Source: an uncultured Lachnospiraceae bacterium (GTDB lineage Bacteria > Bacillota > Clostridia > Lachnospirales > Lachnospiraceae). From it: DNA of 38,776 bases. The first letter of the stretch is position 1. Each line of letters begins with the position of its first letter. The stretch spans positions 1 through 38,776 of the forward strand of contig CADCOU010000203.1 in the NCBI GenBank assembly GCA_902803155.1. Direction: 5' to 3'. Made by a program: the position numbers and the translations under genes. The notes beneath the pieces were generated by a model, which saw only the letters and a list, made by a program, of their open reading frames with translations, was not told where the DNA came from and ran no database searches. Shown piece by piece: positions 1 through 9,206 of this stretch.

Positions 1-113
1 TCCTGGTTCTCACGGAACACGCCGCTCTGGCGCAGCAGGCAGTCAACGAGAGTTGTCTTGCCGTGGTCGACGTGCGCGATGATCGCGATATTCCTTATAT
101 CATCTCTGATCAT
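1..113 (-). CDS. typA: Translational GTPase TypA/BipA, 5' end only (runs off window)
   Basis: Manual reverse-strand translation from ATG at 113: [37 protein letters not shown]. This is the G1 motif plus the TypA-typical LLRQSGVFR; AGAAGG lies upstream. Confidence 0.93.
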   Translation of the reverse strand, partial: MIRDDIRNIAIIAHVDHGKTTLVDCLLRQSGVFRENQ

Positions 114-169
114 TTTTATTCCTTCTTATTATTATATGAATAGTGCTTCTGACTTAAAAGACAGGTGCT

Positions 170-197
170 ATTTTATCACAACTCGGCGCCATTGCAA
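170..197 (-). promoter_or_regulatory. Putative sigmaA promoter for typA
   Basis: Minus strand TTGCAA-16 nt-TAAAAT with a TG extension. Confidence 0.5.
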
Positions 198-218
198 GGT
201 GTAAACCATCTCCGGTCC

Positions 219-263
219 TTGAATCTGCACTTCATGTGGTGTATATATCTGGTGTATATATCT
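219..263 (+). promoter_or_regulatory. Putative sigmaA promoter for the aminopeptidase, overlapping a 13-bp tandem duplication
   Basis: TTGAAT-17 nt-TATATA; GGTGTATATATCT occurs at 238-250 and again at 251-263. Confidence 0.45.
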
Positions 264-286
264 TTTTAAAAGGAGAGAATACTGAT

Positions 287-1690
287 ATGAGCAAAGACAA
301 CAGATGGACAGCATACAATAAGAAACAGATGAAGGAGCTCCGGGATCTGGCGGAGGATTATAAGAACTTCCTCAACGCTGCCAAGACTGAGCGCGAAGCT
401 GTGGCTGAGGTCACGAGGCGGATCGAGAAAGCCGGCTACCGCAGCCTGGAGACGGTCGTAAAGAAAGGGGAATCCCTGAAGGCGGGCGACAAGGTTTACG
501 CAGTCTGGATGAAGAAAACGATGGCGGTCTTTACGATCGGAACGAAGAAGCTCGAGGAAGGGATCCGCATCCTCGGCGCGCACATCGATTCTCCGAGACT
601 TGACCTCAAGCAGGTCCCGCTCTATGAGGATACTGAGATGGCGTACCTGGATACGCACTATTACGGGGGCGTGAAGAAGTACCAGTGGACGACGGTTCCT
701 CTGGCGATCCACGGTGTAGTTGCGAAGAAGGACGGATCCGTCGTGGACGTAAAGATCGGTGAAGACGCCGACGATCCCGTTTTCTGCGTGACCGACCTGC
801 TGATCCATCTGTCAAAGGACCAGATGGCGAAGAACCTCAGCGAAGCGATCGAGGGAGAAAACCTGGACGTCCTGATCGGATCGCAGCCGATGATTTTTGA
901 CAAGAAGACAAAAGAAGCGGACAGGAAGGATCCGGTCAAGCAGAATATTCTCGCGATCCTGAAGGAGAAATACGATATCGAAGAAGATGATTTCCTCTCT
1001 GCGGAACTGGAGATCGTTCCGGCCGGAGCGGCGAGGGATCTCGGATTTGACCGCAGCATGGTCGCCTCTTACGGCCATGATGACCGTGTGTGCGCGTTCA
1101 GTTCTCTGGATGCGTTTCTCCGCGTGGAGAACCCGGAGTATACTGCCTGCTGCCTGCTGACAGATAAGGAAGAGATCGGTTCAGTCGGTGCAACCGGCGC
1201 GCACAGCCATTTCTTTGAGAATACCGTCGCGGAACTCCTGGACCGCCTCGGTCAGTATTCCGAATTATCACTGCGCAGGAGCCTGGCATCCTCCAGGATG
1301 CTGTCTTCCGATGTATCCGCAGCGTTCGATCCGCTATACTCCGGTGCCTATGAGAAAAGGAACGCCGCATATTTCGGACATGGGATCGTATTTAACAAGT
1401 ATACCGGATCCAGGGGAAAGTCCGGAAGCAACGACGCGAATGCAGAGTATTTTGCCTGGGTGCGCAGGGTTATGGATGACGCGGATGCAGCGTTCCAGAC
1501 AGCGGAACTCGGCAGGGTGGATCTCGGAGGCGGCGGAACGATCGCCTATATCAGCGCGCAGTACGGGATGAATGTAGTTGACGCGGGAGTCGCAGTCCTG
1601 AACATGCATGCGCCTATGGAAATTGTCAGCAAGTCCGACCTCTATGAAGCGCGTAATGCTTATGTGGCTTTCCTGAAAGCTTCCGACTGA
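287..1690 (+). CDS. M18 family aminopeptidase (ApeA-like)
   Basis: GAHIDSPRLDLK, THYYGGVKKYQW, GHDDR, DKEEIGS, SSDV and MHAPME motifs; AAGGAG RBS before ATG 287. Confidence 0.93.
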   Translation: MSKDNRWTAYNKKQMKELRDLAEDYKNFLNAAKTEREAVAEVTRRIEKAGYRSLETVVKKGESLKAGDKVYAVWMKKTMAVFTIGTKKLEEGIRILGAHIDSPRLDLKQVPLYEDTEMAYLDTHYYGGVKKYQWTTVPLAIHGVVAKKDGSVVDVKIGEDADDPVFCVTDLLIHLSKDQMAKNLSEAIEGENLDVLIGSQPMIFDKKTKEADRKDPVKQNILAILKEKYDIEEDDFLSAELEIVPAGAARDLGFDRSMVASYGHDDRVCAFSSLDAFLRVENPEYTACCLLTDKEEIGSVGATGAHSHFFENTVAELLDRLGQYSELSLRRSLASSRMLSSDVSAAFDPLYSGAYEKRNAAYFGHGIVFNKYTGSRGKSGSNDANAEYFAWVRRVMDDADAAFQTAELGRVDLGGGGTIAYISAQYGMNVVDAGVAVLNMHAPMEIVSKSDLYEARNAYVAFLKASD

Positions 1691-1767
1691 GCGTATGCAA
1701 AAACACTCAGGTCTGCCGCCGGCTCTGCAGTAAGGATGAGCAACGTCGGGATCAGGAGGGAGACACG

Positions 1768-2229
1768 ATGCTGAATATCGTACTGTATGAACCGGAGAAA
1801 CCGGCCAATACCGGAAACATAGGAAGGACGTGCGTGGCGGTCGGTGCGAAACTGCATCTGATCGAGCCGGTATCTTTCAGTCTGTCAGACAGCCACCTGA
1901 AGAGAGCAGGAATGTATCACTGGAAATATCTGGAGGTGGAGCGGTACGCTGACTTTCAGGATTTTCTGGACCGCAATCCGCAGGCGCTGCTTTATCCGGT
2001 TGAGACAAACGGAAGAAACCTCTATACGGAAGTGTCCTATCCGGACGGAGCCTATCTTATGTTCGGCAAGGAGAGCAGCGGGATCCCGAAGGAGATTGTG
2101 GACTGTTATCCGGAGACCAGCGTGCGCATCCCCATGAAGGAAAATGTGATCTCCATGAACCTCAGCGACTGTGTCTCCGTCGTGCTGTTTGAGGCACTGC
2201 GGCAGCAGAGGTTTCCGGGACTGGACTAA
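1768..2229 (+). CDS. trmL: tRNA (cytidine/uridine(34)-2'-O)-methyltransferase
   Basis: NIVLYEPEKPANTGNIGRTC, FGKESSG, RIPM..SMNLS and EALRQ SPOUT motifs; 153 aa. Confidence 0.93.
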   Translation: MLNIVLYEPEKPANTGNIGRTCVAVGAKLHLIEPVSFSLSDSHLKRAGMYHWKYLEVERYADFQDFLDRNPQALLYPVETNGRNLYTEVSYPDGAYLMFGKESSGIPKEIVDCYPETSVRIPMKENVISMNLSDCVSVVLFEALRQQRFPGLD

Positions 2230-2259
2230 AGAATTTATCGGAAGAACTGCCGGGATATG

Positions 2260-2287
2260 TTCACATGGAATGGCTCTGTGCTATAAT
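2260..2287 (+). promoter_or_regulatory. Putative sigmaA promoter for the repeat protein
   Basis: TTCACA-16 nt-TATAAT with a TGn extension. Confidence 0.6.
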
Positions 2288-2383
2288 GACACATATCGCA
2301 GAGGAATATACTGCGCATCGGCAAAGGAACACCGCAGAGGGTATTTACAAACAGATTGAGGCTGGACGCCGGAAAGGGGTAAC

Positions 2384-2725
2384 ATGGGACTTTTTGATGA
2401 ACTGAAGGATAAAGCGAAGGAAGCCCTGGAGAAGACGGATCTCGATGATAAGATCATCGCCAAAGCGGGCGAACTGAAGGATAAAGCGAAAGAAGCCCTG
2501 GAGAAGAGTGATCTCGACGATAAAATCATCGCAAAAGCAGGCGAGCTGAAGGATAAGGCAAAAGAAGCCCTGGAGAAGACTGATATCGACGATAAGATCC
2601 GTGCCAAAGCAGGTGAACTGAAGGATAAGGCAGCGGAATTCCTCGGTGATAAGGCAGCAGAAGCAACAGATGCGGTCGAAGAGGTAAAAGAGACTGCGGA
2701 AGAAGAGCCAAAGGCTGAAGCATAA
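2384..2725 (+). CDS. Small charged helical-repeat protein of unknown function
   Basis: 113 aa with GAAAGGGG RBS, own promoter and terminator; the unit ELKDKAKEALEKTDLDDKIIAKAG is repeated and differences between copies are mostly synonymous. Confidence 0.88.
   Translation: MGLFDELKDKAKEALEKTDLDDKIIAKAGELKDKAKEALEKSDLDDKIIAKAGELKDKAKEALEKTDIDDKIRAKAGELKDKAAEFLGDKAAEATDAVEEVKETAEEEPKAEA
2399..2632 (+). repeat. Intragenic 72-bp tandem repeat, 3 copies plus a partial fourth
   Basis: GA(A/G)CTGAAGGATAA(A/G)GC starts at 2399, 2471, 2543 and 2615. Confidence 0.95.
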
Positions 2726-2738
2726 GAACAGTTTGCAG

Positions 2739-2781
2739 AATGAGCAATAGCGTGGCTGACAGCCACGCTATTGTTTATTTA
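2739..2781 (+). terminator. Rho-independent terminator
   Basis: CAATAGCGTGGCT-GAC-AGCCACGCTATTG perfect stem followed by TTTATTT. Confidence 0.85.
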
Positions 2782-2878
2782 TGGCGCCGGTGGCAGATTC
2801 AGTCTCTTTGTGGTATCATTACGAAAGCAGTCAGGCGGAACATAAGGGACGGTCTGATCAGGCCACAGGGAATGCTGT

Positions 2879-3544
2879 ATGTACAGAGAGGAAACAGTCG
2901 GGGAGATCTCAGACGGCAGATTGTATACCGGCAGCGATATGGTGCGTATCGGAACGGACGACTGTGCCGGCTGCAGCGACTGCTGCAGGATGGATCCGGT
3001 CATCGTGCTCGATCCGTGCGACGTGTTCGAAATCAACAGGTTTCTGGGAGAGAGCGCGGAAGATCTCCTGGACATAAAGATAAAACTGAAGGTAATCGAC
3101 GGACTGATCCTGCCGGTCCTGAAGATGGATGCGGACGGCGCCTGCACATTTCTCGGGGAAGACGGCAGATGCACGATCCATACGTTCCGGCCTGGAATCT
3201 GCAGACTGTATCCGCTCGGGCGCAGCTGGGAAGATGGAGACTTCCGCTATATCCTGCAGGTCAATGAATGCACGCACTGCACCGGAGCAAAGATCAAAGT
3301 GAAAAAATGGCTCGGGATCCCGGACCTTGCGGCATACGAAGAATACTGCCGCAGATGGCATAACTTCCTCGAACAGGTCCGGCACTTTCTTGAGCAGGCC
3401 GACCCGGAAGGCACATACCGAAGAGAGATCTGCACGTACCTCCTGAGGCAGTTCTACTTCTGTGACTGGAGCGCGGATGACTTCTATCCCGCATTCGAAG
3501 AGAAGCTGGCAGAAGCAGAGAAGCGCCTCGGCTTCGCGGGCTGA
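2879..3544 (+). CDS. YkgJ-family cysteine cluster protein (CxxCxxCC)
   Basis: CAGCSDCC, CTFL and CTIHTFRPGICRLYP motifs. Confidence 0.88.
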   Translation: MYREETVGEISDGRLYTGSDMVRIGTDDCAGCSDCCRMDPVIVLDPCDVFEINRFLGESAEDLLDIKIKLKVIDGLILPVLKMDADGACTFLGEDGRCTIHTFRPGICRLYPLGRSWEDGDFRYILQVNECTHCTGAKIKVKKWLGIPDLAAYEEYCRRWHNFLEQVRHFLEQADPEGTYRREICTYLLRQFYFCDWSADDFYPAFEEKLAEAEKRLGFAG

Positions 3545-3556
3545 TTGGGCAGGATT

Positions 3557-3985
3557 ATGTTATCAGAGATACGGAAATACCGTGAAATCATCGTATACAT
3601 TATCGTCGGCGGACTGACGACACTGGTGAACTGGCTGGTGTATGCAGCTCTTGTAGAGGGCCTGCACTGGGGGATCACCGCTTCCAATGCGGCGGCCTGG
3701 ATCGCGGCGGTTGCTTTTGCATACATCGCAAATAAGGTCTGGGTCTTCCGGAGCTTCGACTGGAGTCCGGCATTCGTGCTGCGGGAAGCGGTATTGTTCG
3801 TGTCGGCCAGAATCCTGACCGGTATCCTGGAGATCGGAGCGGTGCCGCTGCTGGTGAAGCTGGGTCTGAACCAGACCCTGTTCGGGGTTACAGGGATGTG
3901 GGCAAAGGTCCTGGTGAGTGTGGCCGTTGTGATCCTGAATTATGTATTTTCAAAACTGGTGATCTTCAAAAAGAAAGCTGGATAA
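3557..3985 (+). CDS. GtrA-family membrane protein (lipid-linked sugar flippase-like)
   Basis: YIIVGGLTTLVNW, FAYIANKVWVF and NYVFSKLVIFKK; four hydrophobic segments. Confidence 0.92.
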   Translation: MLSEIRKYREIIVYIIVGGLTTLVNWLVYAALVEGLHWGITASNAAAWIAAVAFAYIANKVWVFRSFDWSPAFVLREAVLFVSARILTGILEIGAVPLLVKLGLNQTLFGVTGMWAKVLVSVAVVILNYVFSKLVIFKKKAG

Positions 3986-3996
3986 AGACAGTAGTT

Positions 3997-4905
3997 ATGT
4001 TATCAGTAATTATTCCTTCCTATAACGAGCAGGAGATCCTTCCGCAGACTGCAGAGGTACTCAGCCGTCTTCTGACAGAGGAGCACATTCCGTATGAACT
4101 GATCTTCGTGGACGATGGATCAAAAGACCTCACCTGGGACGAGATCATCCGTGCTCATGCGAAAGATGAGAACGTTCACGGGGTTCATTTTTCCAGAAAT
4201 TTCGGGAAAGAGGCGGCAATCTTTGCCGGTCTCTCGCAGGCTCTGGGAGACTGCGCCGCGGTGATGGACTGCGACCTGCAGCATCCGCCGGGAACACTGG
4301 TGGAGATGTACCGGAAGTGGGAAGAGGGCTATGAGGTCGTGGAAGGCGTCAAGCGCACCAGGGGAAAAGAGACTGGTTCGCACCGTGCGGCAGCCGGCAT
4401 TTTCTACCGCATCATGTCCAAAGCGGTCAGGATCGATATGACCCGCGCCTCCGACTTTAAACTTCTGGACCGAAGGGCAGTGGACAGCCTGCTGGAGATG
4501 CCGGAGCGGAACGCGTTTTTCCGTGCGATGAGCTCGTGGATCGGATACCGGCGCGCACAGGTAGAGTTTGATGTGCAGGAGAGAACCGCAGGAGAGTCGA
4601 AATGGACGACTGCACAACTGGTCTCGTATGCAGTCAGCAATATCGTCGGGTATTCCACAGCTCCCATGCAGATCGTGACCGGTGCCGGCGTTGCGGTTTT
4701 CCTGCTCGCAGTTGTCCTGGGGATTCAGACGCTGGTGCGTTATTTCACAGGACATGCGGTGGAAGGATTTACCACCGTTATACTTCTGATCCTCCTGATC
4801 GGCAGTATCATCATGGTCTCGCTGGGGATCATCGGCTACTATATAGCAAGGATCTATGAGGAAGTAAAGGGAAGACCGAAATACATTATCTCAGGGAAGA
4901 TATAA
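3997..4905 (+). CDS. GT2 polyprenol-phosphate glycosyltransferase (GtrB/CsbB-like)
   Basis: SVIIPSYNE, FVDDGSKD, FSRNFGKEAA, MDCDLQHPP, two C-terminal TM helices and IYEEVKGRPKYI. Confidence 0.93.
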   Translation: MLSVIIPSYNEQEILPQTAEVLSRLLTEEHIPYELIFVDDGSKDLTWDEIIRAHAKDENVHGVHFSRNFGKEAAIFAGLSQALGDCAAVMDCDLQHPPGTLVEMYRKWEEGYEVVEGVKRTRGKETGSHRAAAGIFYRIMSKAVRIDMTRASDFKLLDRRAVDSLLEMPERNAFFRAMSSWIGYRRAQVEFDVQERTAGESKWTTAQLVSYAVSNIVGYSTAPMQIVTGAGVAVFLLAVVLGIQTLVRYFTGHAVEGFTTVILLILLIGSIIMVSLGIIGYYIARIYEEVKGRPKYIISGKI

Positions 4906-4909
4906 CCGG

Positions 4910-4949
4910 ATGCACGCCCCGTATTTGCCGGAGTGTGCATTTTTCTTTT
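4910..4949 (+). terminator. Rho-independent terminator
   Basis: ATGCACGC...GTGTGCAT stem followed by TTTTCTTTT. Confidence 0.7.
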
Positions 4950-4980
4950 CGAAGAAAGTATGAAAAATGGAATTCGGATA

Positions 4981-5009
4981 TTGAGAACCCGGAATGAAAT
5001 TGATATAAT
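4981..5009 (+). promoter_or_regulatory. Putative sigmaA promoter
   Basis: TTGAGA-17 nt-TATAAT with a TG extension. Confidence 0.75.
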
Positions 5010-5045
5010 GCCATACGGTTTTAGAGCTGAATGGAGTGAAATAGC

Positions 5046-7181
5046 ATGAGCAACAAGGAAACAGTACAGCAGGACACAGAGAAAAAAGCCCCTGAGGAGA
5101 AGAGTACCGAAACGGGCAGAAACAGCAGATATTTACCGGAGAAAACGCGCTGGAAGGTGATCCGGGTCATCCTGGACATCGTGATCTTCCTGTTTATCGT
5201 TGCGGGCAGAAGCGCGCAGTGGGCAGTGGAAGAATGGGGTGAACTGACCTTTGACGAGGTTGTGTTCACTCTGACGCAGCCGCTGAAAGGAGCGGATTCC
5301 GGGATCTTCCTGAGTCATTTCCTGTACGCGGTGCTTCCGGCCATCATCATCCTGTTTGTGCTGATCCTGATCTACCGGCTGTTCCTGTCACTGAAACAGC
5401 CGCCGAAGGGTAAGAAGGTAAAAGGCGCGGACGGGAAGAAGCAGATCATCCCTCCTGTCCTTACAGAGGAAGAAAAAGCGGCGCTCGATGCGGATCACGC
5501 GAAAAAGAATACGAAGCCGAGGCGGCTTCTGCGCATGTGGCTCCGTCCAGCCTGCGCAGTGCTCGCAGTCATCTTCGGCGCGATCCAGATCGCCGGACTG
5601 TGGAACAAGCTCGGCGTCTCCGAGCATATCCGCTCACTCGGTGAATCATCCACCTACATTGAGGACAATTACGCGGATCCCGCCCAGACGCAGCTGACAT
5701 TCCCGGAAAAGAAACGCAATCTGATCTACATTTTCCTGGAATCCATGGAAGTTTCCTATGCAGATGAAGAAAACGGCGGCCTGTTTGACACGAACTATAT
5801 CCCCAGACTGACAGAGATCTCAAAGGAAAATGAAAACTTTTCCGGTACCGGCAGCAGCGTGCTGAACGGCGGCAATTCGCTCAAATACAGTACCTGGACC
5901 ATGGGCGGTATGTTTGCGGCAACATCCGGGCTTCCGCTGAAGATCCCGATCGAGGTCAAGGGCGTCGGGACCAACTTCATGAACACGCAGGAGTCATTTT
6001 TCCCGAATCTGATCTGCCTTGGCGATATCCTTCAGGCACAGGGCTACACGATGGACATGTCATTCGGATCCGACGCGACATTCGGAGGAAGGAGACTCTG
6101 TTTCACGGAGCACGGAAACTATACATTCCATGACTGGAAATACTATACGACAGACGGCGAACTTCCCAGCGACTACAAAGTCTGGTGGGGATTTGAAGAC
6201 GAGAAGCTGTTCGGATTTGCCAAGGACCGACTGAATGAGCTCGGATCAGCGGAAGAGCCGTTTGCGTTTACTCTGCTGACCGTAGATACGCACTATCCGG
6301 AAGGATATGTATGCAGACTGTGCGGGGATGAGTACGACGAGCAGTATGCAAACGTTATCCGTTGTTCGGACGATCAGGTATCTGATTTCATTGAGTGGTG
6401 TCAGCAGCAGCCGTGGTATGAGAATACGACCATCGTTCTCTCCGGCGATCATCCGACGATGAACAAGGAGTTCTGTTCTTCCGCATCGTATGATTATCAG
6501 AGGAAATGCTACACGGCATATATCAATGCCGCTGCAGAGCCGGAACGGACGGATTTCCGTGAATACGCGACAGTAGACAACTTCCCGACCACTCTGGCGG
6601 CACTCGGAGTTGAGATCGAGGGCAACCGCCTGGGACTCGGTACCAACCTGTTCTCGAGTGAGGATACGCTTATAGAGAGGGACGGTCTGGAGTATGTCAA
6701 CACCGAGCTGCAGAAGTCTTCCGACTGGATGGACGAGCAGTCCAACCTGAAGGAAGTGACGGCGGATATCGAATACGGCGACTATGATCCGGAGAACCAT
6801 ACGATCACGATGAAGCTCTCCAACGTGACAAGCGATCAGGTCGAAAGCTTCCATGTTTCGATGCACATGTACGGCTATCTGGTCAACGACAAGGACTATG
6901 TATCATGGACGGATTCTGTCGAAGAGGAAGAAGGCGTACATGTCGTAACGATCAAGATCCCGGTGAATCAGGCCTTCAGCGGGAGGATCAAGATACAACC
7001 GCACTGCATGATCGACGGAGTCCGCGGCATCCATCTGGATACGCATTACTATCATCTGAAATATGACGAAGGAGGAGAAAACGCGGAGGCATACCAGTGC
7101 AACCGTTATGGTGAGGAACTGAAGAAACCGACCTTCGGAGATAAGGTGAAAGACTGGTGGGATGGTATCTGGCCGTTCTGA
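5046..7181 (+). CDS. LTA synthase/phosphoglycerol transferase family (OpgB/GacH/LtaS-like) membrane-anchored alkaline-phosphatase-fold enzyme
   Basis: N-terminal TM helices; NLIYIFLESME, TWTMGGM (catalytic Thr), TVDTH and SGDH metal ligands; GLGTNLFS; extra C-terminal domain. Confidence 0.87.
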   Translation: MSNKETVQQDTEKKAPEEKSTETGRNSRYLPEKTRWKVIRVILDIVIFLFIVAGRSAQWAVEEWGELTFDEVVFTLTQPLKGADSGIFLSHFLYAVLPAIIILFVLILIYRLFLSLKQPPKGKKVKGADGKKQIIPPVLTEEEKAALDADHAKKNTKPRRLLRMWLRPACAVLAVIFGAIQIAGLWNKLGVSEHIRSLGESSTYIEDNYADPAQTQLTFPEKKRNLIYIFLESMEVSYADEENGGLFDTNYIPRLTEISKENENFSGTGSSVLNGGNSLKYSTWTMGGMFAATSGLPLKIPIEVKGVGTNFMNTQESFFPNLICLGDILQAQGYTMDMSFGSDATFGGRRLCFTEHGNYTFHDWKYYTTDGELPSDYKVWWGFEDEKLFGFAKDRLNELGSAEEPFAFTLLTVDTHYPEGYVCRLCGDEYDEQYANVIRCSDDQVSDFIEWCQQQPWYENTTIVLSGDHPTMNKEFCSSASYDYQRKCYTAYINAAAEPERTDFREYATVDNFPTTLAALGVEIEGNRLGLGTNLFSSEDTLIERDGLEYVNTELQKSSDWMDEQSNLKEVTADIEYGDYDPENHTITMKLSNVTSDQVESFHVSMHMYGYLVNDKDYVSWTDSVEEEEGVHVVTIKIPVNQAFSGRIKIQPHCMIDGVRGIHLDTHYYHLKYDEGGENAEAYQCNRYGEELKKPTFGDKVKDWWDGIWPF

Positions 7182-7218
7182 TCTTCCGATACGGTAATCC
7201 GATGAACAGAGTAATCTG

Positions 7219-7262
7219 AAAAACCGCCCTGCAGCAGGTGAGGCGCTGCGGGGCGGTTTTTT
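7219..7262. terminator. Bidirectional terminator between convergent genes
   Basis: AAAAACCGCCCTGCAGC...GCTGCGGGGCGGTTTTTT. Confidence 0.88.
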
Positions 7263-7347
7263 GAGCGATAAGGCGGCTGAACGAGCATGCTCATCCGATA
7301 GTCTGATATGATACGGAATTAAACTGCAGGTACAGATCTGCGCCGGT

Positions 7348-7851
7348 CTACAGATCGATCTCGATCTTCCGGCCGGTAGGCTGATACCGGTAATAGCGGA
7401 CCCCGGCGGCATTAAACATCCGCATGGACGCGATATTGTTCGGAGAATCGCGGTATTTGTCATCCCCGTAGATCACCGTACGGATCCCGGACTGGATCAC
7501 TGCTTTCGCGCATTCATTGCAGGGGAAGAGTGTCACATACAGACGGGCTCCTTCCAGACTGCCTCCGCGGTAATTCAGGATCGCGTTGAGTTCGCTGTGG
7601 ACCGTATAGGGATATTTGGTCTCAAGTTCGTTTCCGTCAGCGTCCTTACGCCTCCATGGAAATTCATCGTCCGAGCAGCCCACCGGCAGGCCGTTGTAGC
7701 CCATGGAGAGGATCTTGTTGTCGGTGCTGACGATACAGGCTCCGACCTGTGTGTTCGGATCCTTGGACCGCATGCCTGCAAGGGTGGCAACTCCCATAAA
7801 GTACTCATCCCAGGAGATATAGTCTTTTCTTTTCTCGCTCATGTGCGGCAT
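7348..7851 (-). CDS. dCMP deaminase (ComEB family); alternative start at 7842
   Basis: SWDEYFM, RSKDPNTQVGACIV, GYNG, HSELNAI and PCNEC zinc motifs. Confidence 0.93.
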   Translation of the reverse strand: MPHMSEKRKDYISWDEYFMGVATLAGMRSKDPNTQVGACIVSTDNKILSMGYNGLPVGCSDDEFPWRRKDADGNELETKYPYTVHSELNAILNYRGGSLEGARLYVTLFPCNECAKAVIQSGIRTVIYGDDKYRDSPNNIASMRMFNAAGVRYYRYQPTGRKIEIDL

Positions 7852-7899
7852 CTCTCTTTCTTGTCCCGGATTCAGGGTTTTCAGATCCTAAACATCCTG

Positions 7900-8529
7900 T
7901 TACTTCGTTCCGAAGATGCGGTCACCGGCATCTCCGAGACCCGGGACGATGTAGCCGATCTCATTGAGATGATCATCCAGCGCTGCGATGTAGATGTCAA
8001 CGTCCGGATGTTCTCTCTGCACTCTCTCTACGCCGACTGGTGCCGCGATCAGGTTCATCATGCGGATATGTCTGCAGCCATGCTGCTTCAGCAGCGTGAT
8101 TGCCGCTGCCGCACTGCCGCCCGTGGCGAGCATCGGGTCTACGACGAAGACTTCACGCTGGTCGCAGTCTTCCGGAAGCTTGCAGTAGTATTCAACCGGT
8201 TCCAGCGTTTCGGGATCACGATACAGACCGATATGACCGACTTTGGCAGCGGGGATCATGGTTAGCATACCGTCTACCATACCGAGTCCTGCGCGAAGGA
8301 TCGGGACGACTGCCAGCTTGCGGCCTGACAGTTCCTTGACAGTGGTCTTGCAGATGGGAGTCTCGATCTCAACATCTGTAAGCTTCAGATCGCGGGTTGC
8401 TTCATAACACATCAGCCCTGCGATCTCCGAAACAATCGTGCGGAAATCTTTGGTGCCGACTTCCTTTCTCCGGATAACGCCGACTTTGTGCTGGATCAGC
8501 GGGTGATCGAGAATCGTAACTTTAGACAT
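7900..8529 (-). CDS. upp: Uracil phosphoribosyltransferase
   Basis: [28 protein letters not shown] and [17 protein letters not shown]; GAGGAGG RBS before ATG 8529. Confidence 0.98.
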   Translation of the reverse strand: MSKVTILDHPLIQHKVGVIRRKEVGTKDFRTIVSEIAGLMCYEATRDLKLTDVEIETPICKTTVKELSGRKLAVVPILRAGLGMVDGMLTMIPAAKVGHIGLYRDPETLEPVEYYCKLPEDCDQREVFVVDPMLATGGSAAAAITLLKQHGCRHIRMMNLIAAPVGVERVQREHPDVDIYIAALDDHLNEIGYIVPGLGDAGDRIFGTK

Positions 8530-8700
8530 TCTGAGCTTCCTCCTCTTGTGTGCCTGCCGGCGTGTGAAGCCGGACTCCTGCTTTGATGCGGCTGCTGGTG
8601 GTAAAGTTTCAATATAGCTGAACTCCTGCTGTGCGGGAGTGTATCGCACAATGTCATAACTTTCCGGATATCTGCTTTATCACAGATTCTGTCTGCAGGA

Positions 8701-9195
8701 TCATGTATTGGAAATCATGTCAGATGCTTCCGGCGAACGGGACAGTTCTTCTGCGCTCAGGATCGACGCAAGCCGGAGAACCTGGGCGTGCAGCATCTCA
8801 AAACAGCGATTATAATCTGCCAGGGAACCGCCGTACGGATCTTCCACTTCTTCTTCCGCCTGTATATAGGAAGAGAGGGCGAAGACGTTTTTGGCATCCT
8901 CATGATCTTTCAGCAGACGTTCCTTCTGGAGGGAATCGATCGTCAGTATCAGAGTTCTGTCATCAAAATCATCTCCCGTCAGCTGATCACTGATATGATC
9001 CTTCATAGACAGGGAGTGACTGACCAGTACGGCTTCCGCCTTCGGATTGATCGGCTCGGGAAACAGCACAACCAGACCCTTGGAAGTGATGAGGATATCC
9101 TCCAGCAGGAATTCACGCTGCAGGATCGCTTCTGCCATGGGACCGGTTGCAGTATCGCTTTCACTGACAAAGATTAGCTTATCGTAATGTTTCAC
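8701..9195 (-). CDS. LMW protein-tyrosine/arginine phosphatase homologue (YwlE position) with a degenerate active site
   Basis: PMAEAIL and DPYGG are retained, but the P-loop reads FVSESDTATG instead of FVCTGNxCRS; GTG start. Confidence 0.82.
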   Translation of the reverse strand: MKHYDKLIFVSESDTATGPMAEAILQREFLLEDILITSKGLVVLFPEPINPKAEAVLVSHSLSMKDHISDQLTGDDFDDRTLILTIDSLQKERLLKDHEDAKNVFALSSYIQAEEEVEDPYGGSLADYNRCFEMLHAQVLRLASILSAEELSRSPEASDMISNT

Positions 9196-9206
9196 GTGGA
9201 CGCTCC

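Noticed and set aside
2293-2380. Possible c-di-GMP-I riboswitch (GGCAAA...GGACGC)
   Set aside because: The spacing is wrong and the GNRA-capped P2 and the GCAAAGC/P3 elements cannot be formed.
2399-2632. Possible CRISPR array
   Set aside because: The units are contiguous, in frame and lack unique spacers; no cas genes are present.
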